DNA from: a virus | Taxonomy: Duplodnaviria > Caudoviricetes | DNA: 28,980 nt | Strand: one strand, 5' to 3' | Virus record (IMG/VR): IMGVR_UViG_3300002307_000178 | Coordinates: 1 to 28,980 of that record | In this document: piece by piece, positions 6,746 to 16,149 of the stretch | Numbering within the stretch: position 1 is the stretch's first letter | Layout of the letters: the number at the start of each line of letters is the position of its first letter | The notes under the pieces: model-generated | Seen by the model: the letters and a program-made list of their open reading frames with translations, nothing else | Database searches by the model: none | What the model was told of the DNA's origin: nothing | Program-made: the position numbers and the translations under genes

Positions 6746-6947
6746 TTTCAATCCCACTTGCGGCAACTGCAAATTTTACAAGCCGACAATAGGAAGGCCG
6801 TCCGAAGGACTCTGCCGCCGCTTTCCACCTGTAGTTATTCCACTTCCCCTGCCGCCGCCAAACCCTCCGGTGGCGCCGGTTGCCGTGATGCCGAATATGC
6901 AGGATTCCAACTGGTGCGGGGAATGGAAGGGAAAACATCTGATATGA
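6735..6947 (+). CDS. Small four-Cys HiPIP-like (putative Fe-S/metal-binding) phage protein
   Basis: CGNC...GLCRRFPP...WCGEW; GGGAG RBS. Confidence 0.7.
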   Translation: MNGDFNPTCGNCKFYKPTIGRPSEGLCRRFPPVVIPLPLPPPNPPVAPVAVMPNMQDSNWCGEWKGKHLI

Positions 6948-7693
6948 CCGATAATCCCTTCGTCACCCTTCCCCACACACGCTCCGATACCGTGAAGCTT
7001 GCGATTTCTTCATGCTCTAACCGGCCTATCGAACCACGCTGTGCAATGGCGCTCGCCATGATGGTGCATTACACCACCGCCTTTCAGGTTCCTTTCGGAC
7101 TGCTCTTCCGCCTGCAGGCGTCCTTGCTGATGTCATCGCGTCAGGAATGCCTTGATGAGGCAATTAATGACGGATGCACGCATCAGCTATGGTGGGATGA
7201 CGATATTGAAATGCCAGCGGACTGCGTTCTGCGCATGCTCGATACCATGAAGAAGAATCCGGAGATAGATGTCATCGCAGCCAACTACTGCCGCAAGCAG
7301 GACGAACTTCGTTATACTGCGGAAGACCTTGATGGAAATATGATGGAGTCTTACGGAAAGACCGGACTACAGGAGGCGGATAAGGTTGGTATGGGCCTGA
7401 TGCTGGTAAAACTCAGGAAGCTACGCGCCATATCCGCGCCGCACTTTGAAGTGAAGTGGAGCGACAAGCACAAGCAGTACCGTGGAGAGGACCGCTACTT
7501 TACGGCCAAGCTGCGCGAGCATGGCATGCGTATCTTCGTGGACCACGATATCTCCAACTGGACGCAGCACTGGGGGTCGCTGGGATATTCCTATAAACTG
7601 TGGCATCCCGATGCGCAGGCTCCGCCGCTGGGCAAGATAATCATACTGGATGAGGAAAGCAGGGAAAGGGTTTCGGGAAAAAAATATGAGTGA
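6944..7693 (+). CDS. Glycosyltransferase, GT-A fold (GT2-like)
   Basis: SRQEC...THQLWWDDDIE (DxD), VGMGLMLV, GEDRYF motif; ATGA overlap. Confidence 0.8.
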   Translation: MTDNPFVTLPHTRSDTVKLAISSCSNRPIEPRCAMALAMMVHYTTAFQVPFGLLFRLQASLLMSSRQECLDEAINDGCTHQLWWDDDIEMPADCVLRMLDTMKKNPEIDVIAANYCRKQDELRYTAEDLDGNMMESYGKTGLQEADKVGMGLMLVKLRKLRAISAPHFEVKWSDKHKQYRGEDRYFTAKLREHGMRIFVDHDISNWTQHWGSLGYSYKLWHPDAQAPPLGKIIILDEESRERVSGKKYE

Positions 7694-8621
7694 GCCGATA
7701 AAGATAACCGATTACCGCCGAAATATCCTCGCATACATGCCGACTTATGCCCCGGAAGCAGGCGAGGAAGACGGCTTTGCCCGCCCTCTGGTGCGCCTGA
7801 ACATGGACCAGATAGCCGACCGCATCAACGTGCTGGGGCCAAAGAGCCGCAACCGACCGTGGGTCTATCTCGACTGCATCGATTCCGTAGTGAACCAGAG
7901 GCCGGATGTTGAACTGGTGGTGGCGGATGCCCGCAGTTCTGAAATTATACGCACGCAGATGGCGATACATCATAAGCAGGCGAAGGGTTACGAACTTGCC
8001 TTTTATCCTGAAAAGCTGTCGCAGTGGGCGGTGATGAACGATATACTTGCGCGTCATTCTAAACCGGAAACCGAATTTTTCATCTACACCAGCAGCGATA
8101 TTGTCTGGGCTATGGACTGGGTATCGGAGGCGGTAAAGGAGTTTGACAGGGACCCGGCTCTGCAAATCGTCTTCCCGATGGTGAATGCTGGTGACCTGTC
8201 GATGCCATTACAGCTTGCGCCTGGCCCCTGCGATATGGATATGCTGGACCCTGCGGACTACATGCATACGATAGGAGTGAAGGCGGCGCGTGCTCCCTGC
8301 TGCAATATGTACGTTGCCATGTTCCGCATGGATTTCCTGAAAACTTACGGCGGCTACATGGACCTCTTCAAGAACTGCTTCACTGAAAGCTTCCTCTACT
8401 ACCAGTGCGAGGCGATGGGCGGGAAGATGCGGGTCATGCCAAGAGGATGGTGCTATCACCATAATGGTATCGATGTATGGGTCAGCGAAAAGGGCTTTTA
8501 TGGCTATACCAGCGAGAAGCCTATCTTTGACAAGGTAATGGATGAAGTGGAGAAGGCAAGAAACGAAAAGGCCATGACCGTGGAATTCCTCCGTGATAAG
8601 CTTTACAGGAAGAATTCATGA
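7686..8621 (+). CDS. Glycosyltransferase, GT2-like
   Basis: DCIDSVVNQRPDVELVVADARSS is the canonical GT2 N-terminal pattern; FIYTSSDIVW as degenerate DxD. Confidence 0.75.
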   Translation: MSEPIKITDYRRNILAYMPTYAPEAGEEDGFARPLVRLNMDQIADRINVLGPKSRNRPWVYLDCIDSVVNQRPDVELVVADARSSEIIRTQMAIHHKQAKGYELAFYPEKLSQWAVMNDILARHSKPETEFFIYTSSDIVWAMDWVSEAVKEFDRDPALQIVFPMVNAGDLSMPLQLAPGPCDMDMLDPADYMHTIGVKAARAPCCNMYVAMFRMDFLKTYGGYMDLFKNCFTESFLYYQCEAMGGKMRVMPRGWCYHHNGIDVWVSEKGFYGYTSEKPIFDKVMDEVEKARNEKAMTVEFLRDKLYRKNS

Positions 8622-8881
8622 TCTATTTCTATAAAGACCCGCTGGCCGCTGCGTGGATGTCAAAACATTTCGGCATGAAGATAAGCCGCGATCTGGACGG
8701 TCAGGAAACTGAAATGACTTTCAATGCTTTTGTTCTTGGCACGCTTTATGAATTCAGTAGATTTTATATTTATACCTCATCCCTACATTTGCTTGAACCC
8801 ACTCAGCAAGATATAATTATTGATGGAAAAATTATCCAGCGCAACGGCATTGCCTTCATATGGCCGGAAGTGGAAATATGA
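8618..8881 (+). CDS. Hypothetical protein, 87 aa
   Basis: ATGA overlap; AGGA RBS. Confidence 0.7.
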   Translation: MIYFYKDPLAAAWMSKHFGMKISRDLDGQETEMTFNAFVLGTLYEFSRFYIYTSSLHLLEPTQQDIIIDGKIIQRNGIAFIWPEVEI

Positions 8882-9032
8882 TCGCTGAAGATCGTATATT
8901 AAAACTTGAGCATCAGCTTGTGAAGGACAGAGTGATGTTTGAAAACCTGTACCGGCAAGGTGATTTGGCCCCGGACTGGAGAATGCACTGCTCTCTTCGC
9001 GTTTCCGAGATAAACCTTTTGGTAGGCGAATC

Positions 9033-9506
9033 ATGACCGAGGTATGGGATTCTTCGCTTGCGCCATTATGGAATAACGTCTGTCATGCGATTAGCCAGAC
9101 GGTAAAATATTACCATTCGGAGAAAGGCGATCGCATCTGCAATATAGGCGACATAACGGATGCGGTAATGGCAGAAGTGAACGCATGGTGCAAGCGTCAG
9201 CCGGAGAATCAGGCGTCACACTATATGCGGGAGAACGAGAATCTGCGTACCGCTCTTAGCAGTATAGAGGGCTGCTGCATGTGGGCGTTTGATATAGGTG
9301 ACCCGAAATACTATCCCGATGCATGGCTCCCTGAAAACCGGGCGAAATCGTACGCGCATGAAATAAATCGTGCCAGAAAATATGCCTTATGCGCCTTGTT
9401 TCCTGACAGGGCTGCCAATGGCGAATTTGAAAACCTCACTACTGACGATTGGTGTCTGATAGTGGATAGGTATGATAATGGAGAAAAGAATAATGGAAAA
9501 TCCTAA
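9033..9506 (+). CDS. Hypothetical protein, 157 aa
   Basis: Long ORF on the coding strand; overlaps start of next gene. Confidence 0.7.
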   Translation: MTEVWDSSLAPLWNNVCHAISQTVKYYHSEKGDRICNIGDITDAVMAEVNAWCKRQPENQASHYMRENENLRTALSSIEGCCMWAFDIGDPKYYPDAWLPENRAKSYAHEINRARKYALCALFPDRAANGEFENLTTDDWCLIVDRYDNGEKNNGKS

Positions 9507-10329
9507 AATAAAAATATCTGTTCTCTGCGCTTCGCGTAATAACACTAATGGCCTGCGCACGGTCATAGGCGCTCTCGATATGCTTAAAAGCAGGCAGCAT
9601 GAAGTGCAATACATGGTTTCCGGTGATACCGACGACAAGGACACGATAGACACCATTGTCGGAATGAACTTCTCTGGTATGGATGTCTATGGATGCTGTA
9701 GCGAGCGAACGCCGTCACTCGGTGCGAAGTGGAATAAGGCAGCATCTACTCTTCCGGGAGATGTATATGCTATCATTACCGACCGCGCCTGCCCTGTCAC
9801 ACCCTTCTGGGATAACGTGATTGCCGATGCCGTTGAAAAGGACGCGAACCGGATTACATGGTGGACGACGAACGCAGGTCCGGTGATACCGATTGTTCCG
9901 AAGAAATGGTACGAGGCGGCTGGAAACCAGATATTCACCGATTATTTCCCCTTCTGGTTCGATGATACATGGCTTCATGAACTGTCTGCTATGGTGCATG
10001 GCTTGCCAAACTATCTGGTGCAGGCTTCCTGTTTTATTTATAAGAAGAGTCCTGTTACCAAGAGACTTCGTGACCTGCGCTTCTGGATGGATTTCTTTAT
10101 AGCAAAGCGTCCTGAGCGAATCATGCATGCGTGTGAAATTCGCTCTAAACTTGGATTGCCCATGCCTGATATTAAACCAGTCGAGGAATGGTATAAGGGA
10201 ACGGACGTTATGTGGGAACAGAAATGGAAAATGTGGGAAGAGGTAATGGGCGATAAATCCGAACCGGATACAACCTATCTGGCCGCAAAGAAGTCGGCAG
10301 AGGAATTCATGAATGCCAACCGCGCTTGA
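9493..10329 (+). CDS. Glycosyltransferase-like protein, GT-A fold
   Basis: ISVLCASR...DTDDKDT...AKWN...GDVYAIITDR...WD...FPFWFDDTWL; GGAG RBS. Confidence 0.7.
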   Translation: MENPKIKISVLCASRNNTNGLRTVIGALDMLKSRQHEVQYMVSGDTDDKDTIDTIVGMNFSGMDVYGCCSERTPSLGAKWNKAASTLPGDVYAIITDRACPVTPFWDNVIADAVEKDANRITWWTTNAGPVIPIVPKKWYEAAGNQIFTDYFPFWFDDTWLHELSAMVHGLPNYLVQASCFIYKKSPVTKRLRDLRFWMDFFIAKRPERIMHACEIRSKLGLPMPDIKPVEEWYKGTDVMWEQKWKMWEEVMGDKSEPDTTYLAAKKSAEEFMNANRA

Positions 10330-11941
10330 AACCCTCTTCAAGCAGAACCCGATGCTTGCAAAGGGCATCATCTATCAGGCTGCTGCGGAGAAGAGTCTTT
10401 ATGAATTCATAAAGCTTATGTGGGAATACCTTGAGCCGGGACGCGAGTTCCGCGAGGCTCGCCATATCCGCGCCATGTGCGAGCATCTTGAGGCTGTCTC
10501 GCGTGGAGAGATAAAAAAACTTCTTATCAATATTCCTCCCGGCTTCGCCAAGAGCATCGTGGTAAATGTCTTCTGGCCTGCATGGGAATGGATTCACTGG
10601 TCGCACCTTCGCTACCTAACCTTTTCCTATGCCTCAAGCCTTACCGAGCGCGATAACGGAAGGTTCAGAGCGATTATTGAGTCAGACCTGTACCGCGCCT
10701 TATGGGGTGAGAAATTCTATCTGGTGAAGGATAACCAGATAAAGGTGGAGAATAACAAGACGGGATGGAAGATTGCATCGTCTGTCGGAGGCACCGGCAC
10801 CGGAGAGCGCGGAAATCGCCTCATTATCGATGACGCCAATAACATCAAGGATGTGGAATCGAAGATTACTCGCAGTGAAACAAACCGCTGGTATATGGAG
10901 GTTCTCCCTTCCCGCGTTATCGACCCAAACGAATCCGTCTTTGTGAACATTCAACAGCGCTCCAACGAAGATGACGTTTCCGGCCTTATCCTGTCGCGGG
11001 ATATGGGATATGAGCATCTGATGCTACCGATGGAGTTCGACCCTGACCGCAAGTGCGGGACTTCGATAGGATGGGAAGACTGGCGCGAAGAGGAGGGCGA
11101 GTTGCTTTGGCCTGAAGTTTATAATCAGGAAGCGGTAGACAAGCTGAAGTCCGACAAGGAAATGTCCAGTTATGCCTATGCCGGTCAGTATATGCAAAGC
11201 CCCGCCCCTCGTGGTGGAGGTATCATAAAATCTCTGTGGTGGAAGCTTTATCCTAAGCAGGGTGAGGTCTTTGATGAATACGGCCAGCCTTTACGCCCAT
11301 TGGAATTCCCGGAGATGGATTTTATCATCGGCTCGGTCGATGGCGCGTTTGGCGAGAAGGAGGACAACGACTTTTCAGCCATGTCCGTTCTTGGCGTGTA
11401 CCGCGAGGACGGAGCGCCGAAGGTTATCCTGATGTATGCATGGCAGAAGCGCTACCGCTTTCATGGAGCCGTTCCGGAACGGCGCAAGGGAGAATCGCAG
11501 AAGGTTTACCTTGAGCGCGAGGAATGGGGATTCGTGGAGCGTGTCGCTTATACGTGCCATATGCTGCAGGTTGACCGGCTGCTTATCGAGAACAAGGCTT
11601 CCGGCATCAGCTTGGGTCAGGAAATCAGGCGGCTTTACAGCAACGAGAAGTTTGGCGTGGAACTTATCAATCCGAAGGGCGATAAGATTGCCCGCGCACA
11701 TTCCGTTTCCCACCTCTTCGAGAACGGTGTAATATCGGCGCCGAACCGGGAATGGGCGACCTTGGCGATTGATGAATGTGGAAAGTTCCCGAAGGGGCAT
11801 GATGACCTTCCAGATTCCATCTTCCAAGCCCTGATTTGGCTACGCAAGACCGGCTGGGCGCTACGCACTAACGAATACGAGGAAGAGGTCGAGCCGAAAG
11901 AGTTTAAAGGAAGACAAAACGAGGCGATATACGATGTATAA
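10313..11941 (+). CDS. terL: Terminase large subunit
   Basis: Walker A INIPPGFAKS, TGERG, Walker B LIIDD, QQR coupling motif, YMQSP, RNase H-like SVDGA...DFSA, IENKASG, HDDLPD. Confidence 0.97.
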   Translation: MPTALETLFKQNPMLAKGIIYQAAAEKSLYEFIKLMWEYLEPGREFREARHIRAMCEHLEAVSRGEIKKLLINIPPGFAKSIVVNVFWPAWEWIHWSHLRYLTFSYASSLTERDNGRFRAIIESDLYRALWGEKFYLVKDNQIKVENNKTGWKIASSVGGTGTGERGNRLIIDDANNIKDVESKITRSETNRWYMEVLPSRVIDPNESVFVNIQQRSNEDDVSGLILSRDMGYEHLMLPMEFDPDRKCGTSIGWEDWREEEGELLWPEVYNQEAVDKLKSDKEMSSYAYAGQYMQSPAPRGGGIIKSLWWKLYPKQGEVFDEYGQPLRPLEFPEMDFIIGSVDGAFGEKEDNDFSAMSVLGVYREDGAPKVILMYAWQKRYRFHGAVPERRKGESQKVYLEREEWGFVERVAYTCHMLQVDRLLIENKASGISLGQEIRRLYSNEKFGVELINPKGDKIARAHSVSHLFENGVISAPNREWATLAIDECGKFPKGHDDLPDSIFQALIWLRKTGWALRTNEYEEEVEPKEFKGRQNEAIYDV

Positions 11942-12236
11942 ATATGTTCAATCAAGAACTCATGAACAGGATCTTAACGGGAGTATATCTACTAGCGATT
12001 GGCCGTTTTTAAATATTCCGATGGAGGATAAAATGTACCAGAAATTCTACCTGACTACGCCGCAGGGTGAAAAGGAGCTTCGTAAGAGGCTTGAGGAAGA
12101 CCCGGAACAGGTCAAGGCATGTCGCAAGCGACTAGGTGAGCTTGACCAACTGCTGAAATCGGATGAAAACCGCTGTCATGTGAGCAAGGACCAGCGTAAT
12201 TTCCTCCGTCGCATGCTTCTGCCTTATTCAAACTGA
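11934..12236 (+). CDS. Hypothetical protein
   Basis: Overlaps terL stop; alternative start at 12033 after GGAGG. Confidence 0.65.
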   Translation: MYKYVQSRTHEQDLNGSISTSDWPFLNIPMEDKMYQKFYLTTPQGEKELRKRLEEDPEQVKACRKRLGELDQLLKSDENRCHVSKDQRNFLRRMLLPYSN

Positions 12237-12245
12237 GGATGGAAT

Positions 12246-12776
12246 ATGGGAATTGATGTTATTGTCGATAGTGATGACTTAGAAAAACTTCTTTATGTTA
12301 CTGGCTGCATAAAGCAAATAGAAAGCGCCATTACCAACCAGAAAAAAGACCCTTGGGCAAAGAGCGCTGAATCTGGATTTGAACTGGCGCATGTTTCACT
12401 GAATAAAGCATGGCTGAATGCCAAAAGAGGCCGCGATAGGGTTCTACATAAGCCAACTGATTATGATATTTCGCAGGCAATCAACATTGCTGATTCTGGA
12501 ATATGCCCTGATATGCGCAATCCTGATTTCAAACACCTGCGTATTCTTGGCCTCTTGGAGATGGGAAATATTTACCAAGTGACAAAATGGGCGGATACCG
12601 GAGAAGTAGAGAGCATTCCAAATCCTGTTACTCTTATTCGTCTGTCGCCTCGCGGAAAGCAGATTGCTATGGAATACAAGATGAGGAAAGAAGGCAAATT
12701 CCTTAAAGACAATGGTTCTGATATTGACGGTGATTTTGTTGAGACAGGAAAGTTGCTGGAAAATCATTTAAAATAG
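12246..12776 (+). CDS. Hypothetical protein, 176 aa
   Basis: GAGG RBS; inserted between terL and portal. Confidence 0.75.
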   Translation: MGIDVIVDSDDLEKLLYVTGCIKQIESAITNQKKDPWAKSAESGFELAHVSLNKAWLNAKRGRDRVLHKPTDYDISQAINIADSGICPDMRNPDFKHLRILGLLEMGNIYQVTKWADTGEVESIPNPVTLIRLSPRGKQIAMEYKMRKEGKFLKDNGSDIDGDFVETGKLLENHLK

Positions 12777-12791
12777 CCGTATAATGGCAAA

Positions 12792-14963
12792 ATGCCAATT
12801 TCCCCTACAACATTGCCGGATAATCAGGAATTGCCCGCATCCCTGATGGGCGATGTGGATGTTTCTCTTGATGATGGCTCCGATGTCATCGCTGACAAGA
12901 GTTCTTATGACCCGTTGACGGGCGTGAGCATATCAGTATCTGAAAACGGCGATGTGGAGATAAATTTCGATGCCCGCAAGGAGATGGCGCAGAAGGACAC
13001 TTCCTTTTCAGCTAATCTTGCGGAGAAAATCAGCGAATATGACCTTGCCAGCCTATGTGACGATATTTTACGCGGCATTAACGCCGATATCGAAAGCCGC
13101 GCCCAGCTTGAAAAGACGTATGACCGTGGAATCGACCTCCTTGGCCTGACGCTGGAAGAAGCATCGAGCGAGGCTACCTCCGAAGGAACGGTTTCCAAGG
13201 TTTACGACCCGACCTTGCTTGAGGCGGTGATAAACTACCAATGTACGACGAGCGCGGAGATGCTTCCGTCTGCAGGCCCGGTAAAGGTCAAGGATTACAC
13301 CGATGAACCAAGTACCGACCGCATAAAGCTGGCCGACGACCTCGAAAACGATATGAATTATTACCTGACGGCGGTGCGTAAGGAATATTACCCGGATACC
13401 CGCCGTATGCTGTTCGCCCAAGGCTTCTGTGGTAATGGGTTTAAAAAGGTTTATAAATGCCCGATACGCAAGGCTCCGGTATCCGATTACGTGTCGATGC
13501 AGGATTTCATCGTCAGCAACGATGCGGTAAGTCTCGCCAACTGCGGACGCATGACGCACCGGACCATGCTTCGCCCATCCACGATGAAACGCATGATGTT
13601 GGCGGGTGTGTACCGCGATATCGACCTTGTGCATCCGCATGAGCAACCGACGACGACCGAGCGCAAGATTAAAAAGATTGAAGGCATCCTGTCACAGCCG
13701 CGCTACGAGGACGAAAGGCATACGGTCTACGAGTCCTATGTTGAGGCAGACCTGTCGTCATATGGCTTTGACGAGAAGGGGACGCCGGAAGGCTTGCCTC
13801 TTCCTTATCGCGTCACCATTGACAAGGACAGCCGGGAGATTCTGGAGATACGGCGTAACTGGAGGGAATCGGATGAAGACTTTAGGGCAATTATTCGCTT
13901 CGTCCACTATGGTTTTATACCCGGACTTGGATTTTACCATTATGGATTCATACACATACTTGGCAACACAGCACGAGCGCTTACGGCCCTTGGACGACAG
14001 CTTCTTGATGCCGGTCAGTTTGCTAACTTCCCCGGTCTTCTCTCCTCTGACATCGGCGGACGGCAGGACAGCACGCAAATCCGTGTAAATCCTGGCGGTA
14101 TGAAGACCATCAAAACTGGAGGCATGAAGATTACCGATGTCGTGATGCCGCTCCCGTACAAGGAACCCAGCCAAGTCCTCATGACCCTTGCCAAGAACGT
14201 GTCGGACAATGCCCGCAGGCTTGCCATGACGGCACAGGTGCAGGTAGGCGAAGGTCGCGCTGATGTCCCGGTTGGGACTATCATGGCGCTTATCGAGCAG
14301 GCGACTAAGCCGATGGCGGCATTGCACAAGCAGAACCATTCCTCACAGCAGGAAGAGTTCGAGATGCTGAAGGAACTCTTTGCAGAGGACCCGCAAGCAC
14401 TTTCAAAATATTCCAAGAATCCGCGTCGTAAGTGGCAGGCGGCGGAGGAATTTCAGGACTTGGACCTTGTGCCGGTTTCCGACCCGAATGTGCCGTCCCA
14501 TACCCATCGCGTGATGATGGCAACCGCCTTGTCGCAGCTTGTAAACAGCTTCCCGGAACTCAACCGCACATGGGCCTTGGAAATCATCCTCTCGACCTTG
14601 GGATACCCGCTTCAGGGCGCCATTCAGGCTCCTCCCGCACCTCCAGGACCTCCGCCCCCTCCCCCGCCAGACCCATCCAAGATGGCAAAGATTCAGGTGG
14701 ATGCCGAGAAGGAGCGTAGAGAGGCTGCTACCGCGCTTATGGAAGTGCAGGCGCGTGAGAAGGATCAGGAGATGGAGGACGCTAATGCGCAGGCTGACCG
14801 GGAATCCAAGGAGCGAATTGAGCAGATGAATCTTGAGGAAGCGAAACTAAGGACGGCATCGGAGATGCACAGCGCCGAGCGCGATAGACAGCATGAGGCG
14901 AATCAGGCGGGACTTGACCGCCAGCACGAACTGCAGAAGCCCGTTGAACCTAAATCCGAATAA
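12792..14963 (+). CDS. Portal protein (P22-like, long C-terminal coiled coil)
   Basis: 723 aa, downstream of terL; PSAGPVKVK, MNYYLT, GFKKVY, GFYHYGFIH, QLLDAG, PVGTIMAL motifs; TATAAT 6 nt before ATG. Confidence 0.9.
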   Translation: MPISPTTLPDNQELPASLMGDVDVSLDDGSDVIADKSSYDPLTGVSISVSENGDVEINFDARKEMAQKDTSFSANLAEKISEYDLASLCDDILRGINADIESRAQLEKTYDRGIDLLGLTLEEASSEATSEGTVSKVYDPTLLEAVINYQCTTSAEMLPSAGPVKVKDYTDEPSTDRIKLADDLENDMNYYLTAVRKEYYPDTRRMLFAQGFCGNGFKKVYKCPIRKAPVSDYVSMQDFIVSNDAVSLANCGRMTHRTMLRPSTMKRMMLAGVYRDIDLVHPHEQPTTTERKIKKIEGILSQPRYEDERHTVYESYVEADLSSYGFDEKGTPEGLPLPYRVTIDKDSREILEIRRNWRESDEDFRAIIRFVHYGFIPGLGFYHYGFIHILGNTARALTALGRQLLDAGQFANFPGLLSSDIGGRQDSTQIRVNPGGMKTIKTGGMKITDVVMPLPYKEPSQVLMTLAKNVSDNARRLAMTAQVQVGEGRADVPVGTIMALIEQATKPMAALHKQNHSSQQEEFEMLKELFAEDPQALSKYSKNPRRKWQAAEEFQDLDLVPVSDPNVPSHTHRVMMATALSQLVNSFPELNRTWALEIILSTLGYPLQGAIQAPPAPPGPPPPPPPDPSKMAKIQVDAEKERREAATALMEVQAREKDQEMEDANAQADRESKERIEQMNLEEAKLRTASEMHSAERDRQHEANQAGLDRQHELQKPVEPKSE

Positions 14964-14980
14964 TGCTAATATGGTGAAAT

Positions 14981-15418
14981 ATGAATGAAACTCTCGCACA
15001 GCTTCTTCCTGAATTAGCGACCCCTCCGGCTCCCGCTGAAGAAGTACAGCCTGCTGCTGAAATTCCGCCCACTGTTGAAGACTCCGTTCCAGAAACTCCC
15101 GTTCCTCTCTCGGCGAGGGAGGAACTTCTTTCCCTTATTATTTCGGGAAGCGATGCGGGTGCCGGTGCCCTTGCGTGGAATACTGCGCTTACTGATACTG
15201 TAAACTTTCTTGACCTTGCTGATCTTCCCGCCATTCAGACGGTGGACAGATTGCGCGGTCAGAAAGAGGCAAATATTCGTGACAAGGTGCAATGTGCGAA
15301 TTCTGTTCTTGTCCTTCTGGCGAATTACGGCTCTGATACGGATAATGCTGCTCTTGTGGCTGCGTGCGAAACGTATGCTGATAAGATGAAAACCATCATA
15401 AAAAGGCTGTGTTTATGA
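14981..15418 (+). CDS. Hypothetical acidic protein, 145 aa
   Basis: Follows portal; ATGA overlap with next gene. Confidence 0.75.
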   Translation: MNETLAQLLPELATPPAPAEEVQPAAEIPPTVEDSVPETPVPLSAREELLSLIISGSDAGAGALAWNTALTDTVNFLDLADLPAIQTVDRLRGQKEANIRDKVQCANSVLVLLANYGSDTDNAALVAACETYADKMKTIIKRLCL

Positions 15419-16017
15419 AACACGATGACCACAAACATAAGAATGCCGAACGTATTCTTAAACAGGCTGGTTACTCCTGCAAGATTGGCACTTATGCCAA
15501 GGGTGGCGCTGTGAAGCATGACGATGAGCCGGAAGACGAAAAGCTCATCCGTAAAATGGTCAAAAAAAAAGACCTGAAGAAGCCTGAGAAGAAGGCGGAG
15601 GGTGGATTCGTCCACGGAGGCATGCCCAAGAAGCGCCTCGACAAGATTTTCCGACAGACTGATAAGGGTGATGCCAATACCTCGATGCCCTTCCCGACCG
15701 GCAAGGAGAAATATGCTCGCGGCGGCAAGGTGAAATCCAAGGGTAAGACTCAGGTGAATGTGATTATCGGCAATCCCGGAGGCGGCGGCGCTCCTGCTGG
15801 CCCTCCTCCGATGATGGCCTCTCCGCCTCCGCGTCCTCCGATGCCGCCAATGGCTCCTCCTCCGGGCGCTATGCCGCCTCCGGGTGCGGGCGCTCCTCCT
15901 GCCGGTATTCCGATGCGGGCGAAGGGTGGGAAGGTGCCGAAGATGGAATTTGGTGGAGGCGGCGGAAAAGGCCGCTTAGAAAAGATTGAGAAATACGGTG
16001 AGAAGGCTAAGAACTAA
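15415..16017 (+). CDS. Basic Gly/Pro-rich low-complexity protein with repeated A-[KRE]-G-G motifs (possible internal head protein)
   Basis: YAKGG, KAEGG, YARGG, RAKGG; polyproline tract; in head module. Confidence 0.75.
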   Translation: MKHDDHKHKNAERILKQAGYSCKIGTYAKGGAVKHDDEPEDEKLIRKMVKKKDLKKPEKKAEGGFVHGGMPKKRLDKIFRQTDKGDANTSMPFPTGKEKYARGGKVKSKGKTQVNVIIGNPGGGGAPAGPPPMMASPPPRPPMPPMAPPPGAMPPPGAGAPPAGIPMRAKGGKVPKMEFGGGGGKGRLEKIEKYGEKAKN

Positions 16018-16067
16018 CGTAATAGGCTAGAGATTTTCTGCGAAGTGCATACTGCAAAGCATAGAGC

Positions 16068-16148
16068 GGGATATTGAAGCGACAATCGCACGGCAAAGAG
16101 CCGGTCAACTAGCAGGGCTAGTTGCGTCAGTATCTCCGATTGGAGATA
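16068..16148 (+). ncRNA. Candidate cis-regulatory RNA (four-way junction with alternative RBS-sequestering hairpin)
   Basis: 10-bp closing stem enclosing three hairpins; alternative stem 16131-16137/16142-16148 covers GGAG. Confidence 0.45.
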
Positions 16149-16149
16149 G

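Noticed and set aside
9687-14523. Numerous minus-strand and alternate-frame ORFs within GT, terL and portal
   Set aside because: Shadow ORFs of well-supported genes; no RBS or motif support
16068-16140. tRNA gene (cloverleaf-like fold)
   Set aside because: No GTTC T-loop, no 7-nt anticodon loop, no D-loop GG, no CCA; kept only as a candidate regulatory RNA
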